This document shows positions 1-11,849 of a stretch of DNA of 64,000 bases, one piece after another. The DNA is from Squalus acanthias (taxonomy: Eukaryota). The stretch is taken from NCBI GenBank assembly GCA_030390025.1, contig CM059432.1, positions 9,300,001 through 9,364,000 on the forward strand, in the 5' to 3' direction. Position numbers and translations under genes: made by a program. Each line of letters begins with the position of its first letter. Position 1 is the stretch's first letter. The notes under the pieces are model-generated. The model made no database searches. It had not been told where the DNA came from and was given only the letters and a program-made list of their open reading frames with translations.

Positions 1-350
1 ATGTCCCCAGTAGCTGCTTGAAAGGAGCCAGTGGCATAAACATTCAGAGCCACTGTGACCTTCACTGCCACCGACAGAGACGTCCTGGTCCTCAGTAGAG
101 GCTGCAGATCTGGCAGGTGGCAGAGCTCAGTGACCACCTCCTTGCTGAAGCGCAGCCTGCGCAAACACTGCTCCTCAGACAAATTAATATAGGAGAATTG
201 TTCCCGGAATACCCTGGGAGGGTAAGGTCTCCTGTGCAGAGGCCTGTTGACCCTCCTCCATCTGGCCACGATTACCACTCTCTCTCTGCGTCTCTGATGC
301 CTCCGATTCTGCAGGCGTAGGATGACGCCCCGAATCAGTGCAGCCCCCAG
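1..350 (-). pseudogene. Harbinger (HARBI1-like) DDE transposase N-terminal part; runs off the window start
   Basis: Manual minus-strand translation is open from CTG GGG GCT (350; probable mutated ATG) to base 1: ...PYPPRVFREQFSYINLSEEQCLRRLRFSKEVVTELCHL...SLSVAVKVTVALNVYATGSFQAATGD, the typical Harbinger transposase HTH region. Confidence 0.85.
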
Positions 351-860
351 AGTCTCTTGACAATCGAAGTAATGAAGGTCAAATCCAAAAGAACCTGCAA
401 AGTGATGCTCAATAGCCAAAACTACTTCACACAGCGTTGACTCTATGCAGAAGTCTCTCTCTCTCTCTCAGAATCTCTCTCTCTCTGTCAGAATGAGTGG
501 TGCAAAAATGTCTCCCACAAAAAAAGGCAGGAAGAGGGCGCCTTTAAATAGCGCTCCTCCAGCCCCTCACCAACTGGAAAACGTTCCAGTCTCCCTGTCG
601 TTGCTTGCGGTAGGCGGAAAGGAGGGGGACGCCACTCAATATCCGGTCCGGGGCGCCACCGGAGCATTGCACGCTCGACTGATGTCACGATCTGCGGGCG
701 CAGGAGATCGGGGCGGTAGAGTTTTGCGCCGCCGCAAAAACACTGGTCAATTTTGCGAACGGCGCAAACATCGCCGCGCCCGGGCGCTAGTTGGTTTGCG
801 CCCCATAAGCGCCCTCTTAGGGCACTAACGGGAGGCGCAAAGCAACCAAATTTTTCCCCC
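351..860 (-). mobile_element. Harbinger 5' terminal/promoter region, CpG-rich, ending in a TIR-like motif
   Basis: CpG-dense stretch upstream of the transposase ending in ...ccaaatttttcccc (~860), similar to the gg(g/c)cc..aattt termini of other Harbinger-type elements in this window. Confidence 0.5.
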
Positions 861-864
861 TTGG

Positions 865-3050
865 AACATAGAATCATAGAAATTTACGGCACAGAAGGAG
901 GCCATTCGGCTCATCGTGTCCGTGTCGGCTGAAAAAGAGCTATCCAGCCTAAACCCACTTTCCAGCACTTGGTCCGTAGTCTTGCAGGTTACAGCACTTC
1001 AGGTGCACATCCAAGTACTTTTTAAATGCGATGAGGGTTTCTGCCTCTACCACCCTTTCAGGCAGTGAGTTTCAAACCCCTGCCACCCTCTGGGTGAAAA
1101 CAGTTCTCCTCAACTCCCCTTTAATCCTTCTACCAATTACTTTAAATCTATGCCCCCTGGTTATTGACCTCTTTGCTAAGGGAAATAGGTCCTTTCTAGC
1201 CACTCCATCTAGGCCCCTCATAATTTTATACACTTCAAGTAAGTCTCCACTCAGCCTCCTCTGTTCCAAAGAAAACAACCCCAGCCTACCCAATCTTTCC
1301 TCTTAGCTAACATCCTCGTAAATCTCCTCTGTACCCTCTCTAGTGTAATCACATCATTCCTGTAATGTGGTGACCAGAACTGCACGCAGTATTCTAGCTA
1401 TGGCCTAACTAGTGTTTTATACAGTTCAAGCATAACCTCCCTGCTCTTATATTCTATGCCTTGGCTAATAAAAGAAAGTATCCCGTATGCCTTCTTAACC
1501 ACCTTATCTACCTTTCCTGCTACCTTCAGGGATCTGTGGCCATACACTCCAAGGTCTCTCTGTTCCTCTACACTTTTCAGTATCCTACCATTTATTGTGT
1601 ATTCCTTTGCCTTGTTAGCCCTCCCCAAATGCATTACCTCTCACTTCTCCGGATTGAATTCCATTTGCCACTTTTCTGACCACCTGACCAGTCCATTGAT
1701 ATCTTCATGCAGTCTACAGCTTTCTTTCTCACTATCAACCACACGGCCAATTTTTGTATTATCTGCAAACTTCTTAATCATGCCCCCTACATTGAAGTCT
1801 AAATCATTGATATATACCACAAAAAGTAAGGGACCTAGTACTGAGCCCTGTGGAACCCCACTGGAAACAGCCTTCCAGTCACAAAAACACCTGTCGACCA
1901 TTACTCTTTGCTTCCTGCCACTGAACCAATTTTGGATCCAACTTGCCACTTTCCCTTGGATCCCATGGGCTTTTACTTTTCTGACCAGTCTGCCATGTAG
2001 CACCTTGTCAAAAGTCTTGCTAAAATCCATGTAGACTGCATCAAACATGCTACCCTCATCGACCCTCCTTGATACCTCTTCAAAAAATTCAATCAAGTTA
2101 GTCAGCCATGACCTTCCCTTAACCAATCCATGCTGACTATTCTTGATTAATCCGTGCCTTTCTAAATGATGATTAATACTGTCCCTCAGAATATTTTCCA
2201 ATAATTTTCCCACCACCAAGTTTAGGCTGACTGGTCTATAATTACTCGGTCTATCCCTTTCTCCCTTTTTAAACAATGGTACAAGGTTAGCAGTCCTCCA
2301 GTCCTCCGGCACCACACCTGTAGCCAGTAAGGATTGGAAAATGATGGTCAGAGCCTCTGCTATTTTCTCCCTTGCCTCTCTTAACAGCCTGGGATACATT
2401 TCATCAGGGCCTGGCAATTTATCTACTTTCAAAGATGCTAAACCCCTTAATACTTCCTTTCTCACTATGTTTATCTCATGTAATATTTCACACTCCTCCT
2501 CCTTAACGACACTGTCTACATCGTCCCTCTTTTTGTGAAGACAGACGCAAAGTATTCATTAAGAACCATACCCATGTATTCCGCCTCCACACACAGGTTA
2601 CCTATTTGGTCTCTAATAGGCCTACTCTTTCTTTAGCTATCTTCTTGCTCTTTATGTATTCATAAAACATCTTTGGGTTTTCCTTGACGTTACTTGCCAA
2701 TATTTTTTTCATGCCCTCTCTGCTTTCCTAATTTCCTTTTTAATGTCACCCCTGCACTTACTAAACTCCTCTTGGCTTTCTGCAGTGTTTAGCTCTCGGT
2801 ATCTAACATAAGCTGCCTTTTTTGCCTTATCTTACCCTGTATGCCCCTTGACATCCAGGGGGCTCTTGGTTTGGGAGTCCCACACTTTTTCTTTGCTCTG
2901 AACCCTCATTATCTCCTCCTTGAATGCCTCCCACTGCTCTGACACTGATTTACCTTCAAACAGCAGTTTCCAGTCCATTTTTGCTGAATCACATCCCAGC
3001 TTAGTAAAATTGGCCTTTCCGCAATTGAGAACTTTTACTCCTGATCTATC
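865..3050 (-). mobile_element. CR1 (HER1-like) LINE, 5'-truncated, RT domain to 3' tail, frameshifted
   Basis: ORF 1641-2465 has NYRPVSL, YMDFSKTFDKV, GVPQGSVLGP, KFADNTK. ORFs 1398-1634 and 1072-1293 continue ORF2. A (catagaat)-type tail lies at ~865-885. Confidence 0.95.
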
Positions 3051-3174
3051 TGGGTGCAATAGTTAAAAGAGTGTTTGATTCTCCCGTACTAACGTTCCTC
3101 CGCTAGATGCTGACAAAATCTGCCAAAAGTGGCAAGTTAAAAAAATTATATCAGGTAGCTTTATTTGTGTGAAA

Positions 3175-3565
3175 AGGAAAGACTTTATATAGCGCATTTC
3201 ACGACCTCAGGATGTCCCAAAGCACTTTTGAATTGTAGTGACTCTTGTATTGTAGGAAACGCGGCAGCCAATTTGCACACAGCAAGCTCCCACAAACATC
3301 AATGTGCTAATGATCTGTTTTCGTGATGTTGATGGAGGGATAAATATTGGCCAGGACCCCGGGGATAACTCCTCTGCTCTGCTTCAAAGTAGTGCCATGG
3401 GATCTTTTACATCCGCCTGAGCTAGCAGATGGCACCTCTGACAGTGCAGCGCTCCCTCAGCACTGCACTGGAGTGTCAGGCTAGATTTTTGTGCTCAAGT
3501 CTCTGGAGTGGGACTTGAACCCACAACCTTCTGACTCAGAGACGAGGGCGCTACTTGCTGACACT
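3175..3565 (-). mobile_element. Deu-domain tRNA SINE (SacSINE1/AmnSINE1-like) with L2-type tail
   Basis: tRNA-like B box (gggttcaagtccc on minus), Deu-like core (gatcccatggcact...ccctccatcaac) and tail ttatatagcgc shared with L2; multiple copies in the window. Confidence 0.75.
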
Positions 3566-3724
3566 GTTCACGGTTCCGTTGGAAGGTTTAGGGCCCACAC
3601 CTTGGGACTGCTTGCCACTCAAGCTTGTTTCCCTTCAGTTCTTAAAGCAAAACAAGCAGGGGAACTGGCTTCAAGAGTAATTTGGCTCCAGGGGAGATCA
3701 TTATAAGGCTCTGTGGATGTTTCA

Positions 3725-4182
3725 TTCATGTCGTATGAGGAGAGATTGGGTCGACTAGGCCTGTATTCACTAGAGTTTAGAAGAATGAGAGGGGATCTCA
3801 TTGAAACGTATAAAATTCTGACTGGGCAAGACAGACTGGAAGCAGGGAGGATGTTTCCCCTGGCTGGGGGGTCTAGAACGAGGGGTCATAGTCTCAGGAT
3901 ACGGGGTAGGACATTTAGGACTGAGATGAGGAGAAATTTCTTCACTCAGAGGGTGGTGAACCTGTGGAATTCTCTACCACAGAAGCTGTGGAGGCCAAGT
4001 CACTGAATATATTTAAGAAGGAGATAGATAGATTTCTAGACACAAAAGGCATCAAGGGGTATGGGGAGAGAGCGGGAATATGGTATTGAGATAGAGGATC
4101 AGCCATGATCATATTGAATGGCGGAGCAGGCGCGAAGGGCTGAATGGCCTACTCCTGCTCCTATTTTTCTATGTTTCTATAG
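3725..4182 (+). mobile_element. CR1 LINE 3' fragment
   Basis: [27 protein letters not shown]...FFTQRVVNLWN, followed by the CR1 3' UTR and tatgtttc tail. Confidence 0.95.
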
Positions 4183-4381
4183 TATTTTATGATCAGTTTT
4201 TAAAGTACAATAAATTAACATATTTCATGGGAGACAAATTATAATTCAGTTGATGTTAATATGTGGTGGGGGGATGACAGTGCAGAGCGGCCGAATGGAT
4301 TTGTATGATACAATGGAATGATCACGATGTTGTAAATGTTTTTAATATTGAATAAATCCAAATTAAAAATATGGCATGCGG

Positions 4382-4417
4382 AACCAGGGATTGCGGGTTC
4401 AAGTCCCATCTGGGGTG
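4382..4417 (+). pseudogene. 3' half of a tRNA, most like tRNA-Arg(CCT); relic
   Basis: aaccagggattgcgggttcaagtcccatctggggtg closely resembles the recalled 3' half of vertebrate tRNA-Arg(CCT). There is no contiguous 5' half and no CCA. Confidence 0.55.
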
Positions 4418-4549
4418 AGCTTGGTTTTAAATAATCTTCATTCTGTGAAAACCAGCTCTTTGTCCTCATTGCTAAAATACGCAGAGATCAATTGGCTTCA
4501 GTCAGGGTGCTGTCTTACAGAAGCTGTGTTAAATGTAATGGGTTTTTAT

Positions 4550-4732
4550 CCGAGTATTTTCAAGGCTGAGATAGATAGATTTTTGGGCTCTAGGGGAATC
4601 AAGGATATGGGGATCGAACGGGAAAGTGGAGTTGAGGTCGAAGATCAGCCATGATCTTATTGAATGGCGGAGCAGGCTCGAGGGGCCGTATGGCCGACTC
4701 CTGCTCCTATTTCTTACATTCTTACATTCTTA
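4550..4732 (+). mobile_element. CR1 LINE 3' end fragment
   Basis: IFKAEIDRFL, then the gatcagccatgatc...ctcctgctcctat 3' UTR. Confidence 0.9.
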
Positions 4733-4785
4733 ACAGAGCCGCAAACCTCGCTGAAAGTAATGTAATGTATTTTTCGAACTGAAAC

Positions 4786-4862
4786 TGAGTGGAATAGTGG
4801 ATGATGGCAGCCTTCTCACAGCCCACCCTGTTGCATGATCTTAGATCACAACTAATGTCGTC
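4786..4862 (+). ncRNA. Degenerate HDV-like (CPEB3-type) self-cleaving ribozyme fold, 77 nt, at the 5' end of an Ingi/Vingi retrotransposon
   Basis: P1 TGAGTGG 4786-92 / CCACCCT 4823-29 (5 of 7 pairs); P2 GATGGCA 4803-09 / TGTCGTC 4856-62; P3 GCC / AGC around L3 TTCTCAC; GT after P1'; P4 TGATC-TTA-GATCA; J4/2 ACTAA with the catalytic C at 4852. Confidence 0.65.
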
Positions 4863-5186
4863 TCACAGGACACCGAACTTGTCATTAAATCGACCTCGCG
4901 GTGACAGTAACAAACCAAGCAAATCGAACGGTCCTCTCCAGGACCAAAGAAAACAACATGTAGGCCCAACCATCCGAAAATGCCAACTGAACATCGAAGG
5001 CATTTCTCACTCAAAATGCAAATATCTCGAAAGGTTACTCAAGAAACGCAGCATCGATGTCCTGGTTCTTGAAGAAACCCACATCGAACACATCCACCAG
5101 TTCGACACAAGAGGACGTTTTGACCTAATCGCTTGCAATAACCATCCCAAATATGGTCTGGCGTGCGATGTCAGACAAAGCATCGA
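4786..5186 (+). mobile_element. Ingi/Vingi-like non-LTR retrotransposon, 5' end with start of the APE endonuclease
   Basis: ORF 4801-5238 contains GPTIRKCQLNIEGISHSK...IDVLVLEETH...HPKYGLA, APE motifs I/II of Ingi/Vingi type. It is truncated by another LINE at ~5187. Confidence 0.7.
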
Positions 5187-5401
5187 AGGGAACACCACCA
5201 CCTCCAAGTTCCCCTCCAAGTCACACACATCATCCTGACTTGGAAATATATCGGCCGTTCCTTCATCGTCGCTGGGTCAAAATCCTGGAACTCCCTCCCT
5301 AACAGCACTGTGGGAGTACCTTCACCACACGGACTGCAGCGGTTTAAGAAGGCAGCTCACCACCAGCTTCTCAAGGGCAACTAGGGATGGGCAATAAATA
5401 C
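5187..5401 (+). mobile_element. 3' end of CR1-group LINE whose tail is shared with LF-SINE
   Basis: gggaacaccaccacc...gggtcaaaatcctggaactccctccc...agggatgggcaataaat; same family as 45725-46357. Confidence 0.8.
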
Positions 5402-6705
5402 TACCCCATCTCCTTTTCCTTTTTTCTTCTCCTTCCTGAATATTGAATACCCCTGGATGTTGAATTCCCAGTCTTGGTCACCCTGGAGCCATGTCTCCGT
5501 AATCCCAATTATATCATATCCATTTACATCTATTTGCGCAGCTAATTCATCCACCTTATTACGAATGCTCCTCGCATTAAGACACAAAGCCTTCAGGCTT
5601 GATTTTTTAACACTCTTAGTCCTTTTAGAATTATTATTTACTGTGGCCCTGTTTGATTTACACCCTTGATTTCTCTGCCTTCCACTTTTGCTTTTCTCAT
5701 TCCTGTCTTTTGTTTCTATCCTTGATTCCCTTTCCTCTGTCTCCCTGAACAGGTTCTCAACCCCCTGCCATTTTAGTTTAAACCCTCCCCAACAGCACTA
5801 GCAAACACTCCCCCTGGGACATCGGTTCCAGTCCTGCCTAGGTGCAAACCGTCAGTTTGTACTGGTCCCACCTCCCCCAGAACTGGTTCCAAAGTCCCAG
5901 GAATTTGAATCCCTCCCCCTTGCATCATTCCTCTAGCCACGTATTCATCTGAAATATCCTTCTATTTCTACTCTGACTAGCACGTGGCACTGGTAGCAAT
6001 CCTGAGATTACTACCTTTGAGGTCCTATTTTTTAATTTACCTCCTAACTCCCTATATTCAGCTTTTAGGACCTCATCCCATTTTTTACCTATATCGTTGG
6101 TACCTATATGCACCACGACAACTGGCTGTTCACCCTCCCCCTCCAGAATGCCCTGCAGCCACCCCGAGACATCCTTGACCCTTGCACCAGGGAGGCAACA
6201 TACCATCCTGGAGTCTCGTTTGCGGCTGCAGAAACGCCTATCTATTCCCCTTACAATAGAATCCCCTATCACTATAGCTCTCCCGCTCTTTTTCCTCCCG
6301 TCCTGTGCAGCAGACCCACCCATGGTGCCAGGAAGTTGGCTGCTGCTGCCTTCCCCCGATAAGCCATCTCCCTCAACAATATCCAAAGTGGTATATCTGT
6401 TTGAAAGGGGGATGGCCACAGGGGACCCTTGCACTACCTGCCTGTGCCTACTACTCTGCCTGGTGGTCACCTATTCCCTTCCTGCCTGTGCTGCCTTTAC
6501 CTGCGGTGTGACCAACTCCCTAAACGTGCTATCCACGATTTCCTCAGCATCGCGAATGCTGCAGTATGTATACATTCGCAGTTCCAGCGCCGCAATGCGG
6601 TCTGTCAGTCGCTGCAGCTGGATACACTTCCCGCACACATAGTCGTCAGGGACACAGGAAGTGTCCCTGATTTCCCACATAGTGCAGGAGCAGCATGCCT
6701 TGAAC
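5402..6705 (-). mobile_element. CR1 LINE internal 5' part: ORF1 (zinc finger/leucine zipper + SGNH esterase) and start of ORF2 endonuclease
   Basis: 6471-6700 CCSCTMWE...YVCGKCIQLQRLTDRIAALE; 5925-6470 IVIGDSIVRG...CLPGARV...HIGTND; 5381-5587 CLNARSIRNK...IIGITETWL. Confidence 0.92.
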
Positions 6706-6812
6706 TGCTCGAGCCCTTGCGGTGATGGTGCTCCCACCATGGTGTTATTCACCATATTGAATTCCAGCATTTTGATCCAGAGACAATGAAGGAACAGCGA
6801 TATATGGCCAAA

Positions 6813-7175
6813 TCACTGGTTAGGCCTTAGCTGGAATATTGTGTCCAAGCACTTTAGGAAGGACGTCAGGGTCTTGGAGAGGGTGCAGAGGAGATTTACT
6901 AGAATGGTACCAGGGACGTGGGACTTCAGTTATGTGGGGAGACTGGAGAAGCTGGGATTGTTCTCCTTAGAGCAGAGAAGGTTAAGGGGAGATTTAATCG
7001 AAGTTTAATCTGACGTATTTTGATACAGTAAATAAGGAGAAACTATTTCCAATAGCAAGAGAGTCAATAACCAGAGGGCACAGATCGAAGGTAATTGGCA
7101 AAAGAACCAGAGGTGAGATGAGGAGACATTTTTTTCCCGCAATGAGTTGTTATGATCTGAAACGCACTTTCTAAA
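6813..7175 (+). mobile_element. CR1 LINE fragment (degraded ORF2 C-terminus)
   Basis: ctggttaggcc...gagactggagaagctgggattgttctccttagagcagagaag matches the other CR1 copies. Confidence 0.85.
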
Positions 7176-7184
7176 AGAAAAGCA

Positions 7185-10100
7185 ACAACAGCAACAACTT
7201 GTATTTATATAGCGCCTTTCATGTAGTAAAACTTCCCAAGGTGCTTCACAGGAGTATTATAAGACAAATAATTTGACCCCGAGCCACATAAGGAGAAGTT
7301 AGGGCAGGTGACCAAAAGCTTGGTCACAGAGGTAGGTTTTAAGGAGCGTCTTAAAGGAGGAAAGAGAGGTTGAGAGCCGGAGAAGTTTAGGGAGGGAATT
7401 CCAGAGCTCAGGGCCTAGGCAACAGAAGACACGGCCGCCAATGGGTGAGCGATTATAATCAGAGATGCTCAAGAGGGCAGAATTAGAGGAGCGCAGATAC
7501 CTTGGGGGGATTGTGGGGCTGAGGAGATTACAGAGATAGGGAGGGGCGAGGCCATGGAGGGATTTGAAAACAAGGATGAGTATTTTGAAATCAAGGTGTT
7601 ACTTAACCGGGAGCCAATGTAGGCCAGTGACCACAGGGGTGATGGGTGAATGGGACTTGGTGCGAGTTAGGACACGGGCAGTCGAGTTTTGGATGACCTC
7701 AAGTTTATGTAGGATAGAACATGGGAGGCCAGCCAGGAGTGCTTTGGAATAGTCAAGTCTAGAGGCAATAAAGGCAAGGATGAGGGTTTCAGCACAGGAT
7801 GAGCTGAGGTAGGGGCAGAGACGGGCGATGTTATGGAGGTGGAAATAGGCGGTCTTTGTTATGCTGCGGATATGTGGTCGGAAGCTCATTTCAGGACACC
7901 AAGGTTGCGAACAGTGTGGTTCAACCTCAGACAGATGGTAGGGAGAGGGATGGAGTCAGTGACTAGGGAACGGAGTTTGTGGCGGGGACCGAAAACAATG
8001 GCTTCGCTCTTCCCAATATTTAATTGGAGAAAATTTCTGCTCATCTGCAAGGTTTCCAAAATTTGCAGATCCCCAAAACCTAAGGAAAAAGGACTTTGGA
8101 ACTACCTCAGAGTGATAAAAATGCATTTGGGCCTAACCTAAGGAATTTAAGACCAAAAAACAAGTTTTGACATTTTAAAAACATGTCTGGGCCTGTAAAG
8201 GGAGAAAAGGATGTGAAGGAAGTTTGGGACGACCTCTGCAAAAGCAGTTTTGGGTATTGCAGTTAATTGCATTGTCTGGGGAACTGGGATGACCTCACTC
8301 AAGCCCCAGCAAGCATTAACATTTCGACAATAGACCCTGGGAGAAGACAGTCCCACCCAAAACAACAGGCCCCATCAAAACCGATTACAGAACCCATTAA
8401 AGACATGCATAAAGCAAATATTTATAGAAGTCCAAGGCCCAGTCAAGAAACCCAAAACATGAGGACAATTCAAACTCCGATTAAACAACAGATCGACAGG
8501 ATGGAGCTATCCTGAAACCACTTCACACATTTACAAAACCTGTTAACACGCTAGTAAAGTCGTTACTGTTAACGAGGTCTTACAATGACCGGGATTTGAT
8601 TTGGTTTTGATTAAGGCCACTTCAATTTAGTATAATTGAAGGCCCATCAAGCAGTAACAGCAGTTCAAGTTCAACAGAAGGCAGTTCTGCAGTTTTCGAG
8701 TTCAATTTGAAAGCCTGTTTTCAGCAGAAGTCAATGCTGGAATTACAGAGTTCAGGAGAAGCAAGTTGGGCAGTTAAAGAAGACAGTTTAAACAGAGGCA
8801 GAGTTCAACAGAAAGAAGTTCAACAAAGAAGGCCAACAGCTCCAGAAGCAGGCCGACACACAAGAAGAGACCAGAGTGACCGCCTCAGTGACCATCGGAC
8901 ACCTCGCGGCAACAAGGGCCTTACGAAACTTTTACTCAAAAGACTCTAAACCCTAACTCTCAACTGTCAAGGATTTGTTTGGTGAGCATTATCCCTGGTT
9001 CTCCAGAGTCCAACCTAGCTAGTGAAGTGGGATTGGGAGGGGTGAAGTATTCTTCTAATGTTATTTCCCTCGCTTGTACCGAAGTGTTCCCCACCTTTAG
9101 AGTGTTAAGAGTGTTTGTGTTGTGTTTTACTTTCTTGAATAAAGATTGAAGTTCTTTCATCAAACCCAGTTCTCTGCTGCACCTTTGTATCACAACCCCC
9201 AAATAAGTCCAAGGTCTAGAACCAAGGGAGTGGGAGCGATTCGAACCGTTCAGAAGTCAGAGGTAAAGCTGACACAATAACACCACCCCCTACACATCCA
9301 GAACTGTATGTCGGACAAGTAGTCTGACAATTTAGAGACCGTGGAGGGGTCAAGAGAAGCGGTAGTGAGGTAGAGCTGGGTGTCATCAGTGTATGTGTAG
9401 AAACTGACGCTGTGTTTTCAGATGATGTCGCCAAGGGGCAACATGTAGATGAGAAATAGGAGGGGGCCAAGGATAGATCCTTGGGGGACACCAGAGGTAA
9501 CGATGCAGGAGCGGGAAGAGAAGCCGTTGCAGGTGATTCTCTGGCTACGATTAGATAGATAAGAATGGAACCAGGCGAGTGCAGTCCCACCCAGCTGGAC
9601 GACGGTGGAGAGGCGTTGGAGAAGGATGGAGTGGTCAACCGTGTCAAAGGTTGCAGACTGGTCGAGAAGGACAAGGAGGGATAGTTTACCTTTGTCACGG
9701 TCACAAAGGATGTCATTTGTGACTTTGATGAGAGCCGTTTCGGTACTGTGGCAGGGGCGGAAACCTGATTGGAGGGATTCAAACATAGAGTTGCGGGAAA
9801 GATGGGCACAGATTTGGGAGGCGATAGCCCGTTCAAGGACTTTGGAGAGGAAAGGGAGGTTGGAGATGGGGCGGTAGTTTGCAAGGACAGAGGGGTTAAG
9901 GGTTGGTTTTTTGAGGAGAGCGATGATGACGGCAGATTTGAGGGACAGGGGGACAGTTCCTGAGGAGAGAGAACCATTTTCAATGTCATCTAACATGGGA
10001 GCCAGAAAATGAAGTTGGGTGGTCAGCAGTTTGGTGGGAATAGGGTCGAGGGAGCAGGAAGTGGGTCTCATGGACAAGATGAGTGCGGCGAGGTCATGAG

Positions 10101-10970
10101 GGGAGATCGGAGAGAAACTGGAGAAAGATGTGAGTTCAGGGCTAGGGCAGGGGGGAACCTGAGAGGAATTTTGGCCCGGTGGGCTAGGGGAAGGAAGGGA
10201 AGTGGCAGAGGCAGCTGAACGAATGGTCTCAATCTTAGAGACAAAGAAGTCCATGAGCTCCTCACACTTGTTATCGGAGGTGAGGGTGGAGGAGACGGGG
10301 GAGAGGGGTTTAAGAAGACATTTAGCAGTAGAGAATAGGAGCCGGGGTTTATCTTTGCATTTCAGAATGATTCTGGAATAGTGAGCAATTTTGGCAGATG
10401 AGAGCAGGACCTGATAATGCTTTATGTGGCCAGCCAGATCTGGCGGTAAATGGCTAAACCAGTTGTCCGCCACATCCGTTCAAGTCTGCGTCCCTTAGAC
10501 TTAAGGGAGCGAAGATGAGGGCCGTACCAGTGGCAACGGCCAGGATGAGAGAGAGTAATTGTTTTAATAGGGACTAGGGTATCAAAGGTAGTGGTGAGGG
10601 TTTGGTTGAGCAGATCGGTAGCTGCAGAAATGTTGTGGTGAATGGAGTGCCAAAGGCTGGACAGTTGGGATTTCAGAAGCGCAGCTGTAAGAGAGTTGGG
10701 AGAGAGTTTTTTTCCAGGGGCGACACAGAAGGAAGTAGGGTTGCGGGGGGTGGAGGGGATGTGGGTGGAGAGCGATACGAGGAAGTGGTCAGAGATGGCC
10801 TTATCTGCGATTGACACGATGGGAGTAGCGAGGCCACGAGAGAGGGCAAGGTCGAGGGGATGGCCGTGAATATAGGTTGGGGAGTTTACATGGAGGGAGA
10901 GATTAAGGGAGGATAGGAGAGTAGTGAACTCAGAGGAGAGAGAGCATGATGAATTGAGATGGAGGTTGAA
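7185..10970 (-). mobile_element. L2-clade LINE, 5'-truncated, split by a solo LTR at 8046-9294
   Basis: ORF 9418-10473 has PTSCSLDPIPTKLL, NYRPISNLPFLSKVLE, STETALIKVTND, GVPQGSILGP. ORF 7599-7889 has SRLDYSKALL. The (caa)n L2 tail is at ~7185-7200. Confidence 0.93.
8046..9294 (+). mobile_element. Solo LTR, 1249 bp, TG...CA, 4-bp TSD CATC
   Basis: catc|tgcaagg...ccctaca|catc interrupts L2 sequence that is contiguous at 48651-48670 (tctgctcatccagtactgga). AATAAA near 9138. Confidence 0.88.
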
Positions 10971-11149
10971 AATGGCAAAGCTCTATTTCTATGATGAGAC
11001 AAATGTAACATCTGGGCAATGTTGGTTTCAACTTTGATTGGAACGCAGAAATCATTTCTTAAACCAGGTTAGCTCAAGTTGCAATATAATTTACAACATC
11101 TATCTCACCTGATGTAGCCATGTGGCTCATCTTCTTACCTGTCAATAAA

Positions 11150-11586
11150 GAAAAAAAAGAAAGACTTGGATTTCTGTAGCACCTTTCATGACCATCAAAT
11201 GCCCCAAAGCTCTTTACAGCCACTGTTGTAATGTAGGAAACACAGCAGTCAATTTGCACACAGCAAGCTCCCACAAACAGCAATATGACAATGACCAGAT
11301 CATTTGTTTTAGTGATGTTGATTGAGGGATAAATGTGGGCCAGGATACCGGATTTAACTCTTTGAAATAGTACCACGGGGTCTTTTACGTCCACCTGAGA
11401 GAGCAGACGGGGCCTCAGTATAATGTCTCATCCAAAAGACGGCACCTCCGACAGTGCAGCACTCCCTCAGCACTGCACTGGGAGTGTCAGCCTAGATTTG
11501 TGTGCTCAAGTCTCTGGTGTGGGACTTGAACCCACAACCTTCTGACTCAGAGATGAGGGTGCTGCCCACTGGGCCACGGCTGACAT
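11150..11586 (-). mobile_element. Deu-domain tRNA SINE (SacSINE1-like), near full length
   Basis: Same family as 3175-3565; head tgtcagccgtgg...gggttcaagtccc on the minus strand. Confidence 0.8.
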
Positions 11587-11849
11587 AGAAACAAAACTGA
11601 ATCCATGCGAGAAAACTATTTTAAAACATGTTTTTTTTCACATTGAATAAAAGAACTACAGAGAAGCTCATCTGTGACAGCAACTCCTCACTCCCACCCC
11701 AACACTACGCACACACGAGGGTGTTGACAAATGGGCTGTTAAAGCCAGTTAAAACCAAAAAGTAAATAATTGCAGTGCCTGCTCATTCTTCACAGGTAGA
11801 GACGTTCCATCAGCTTACGAGGTGGATACAAATATTTAGAAATACAACA

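Noticed and set aside
4801..4990. 2A-like (DxExNPGP) peptide at the start of the Ingi/Vingi ORF
   Set aside because: I looked for it because Ingi-type elements can carry one; the motif is absent.
9216..9989. 257-aa Ser/Pro-rich ORF and many other track ORFs (e.g. 1456-2034, 45544-46215)
   Set aside because: They are alternative-frame or antisense shadows of L2/CR1 sequence.
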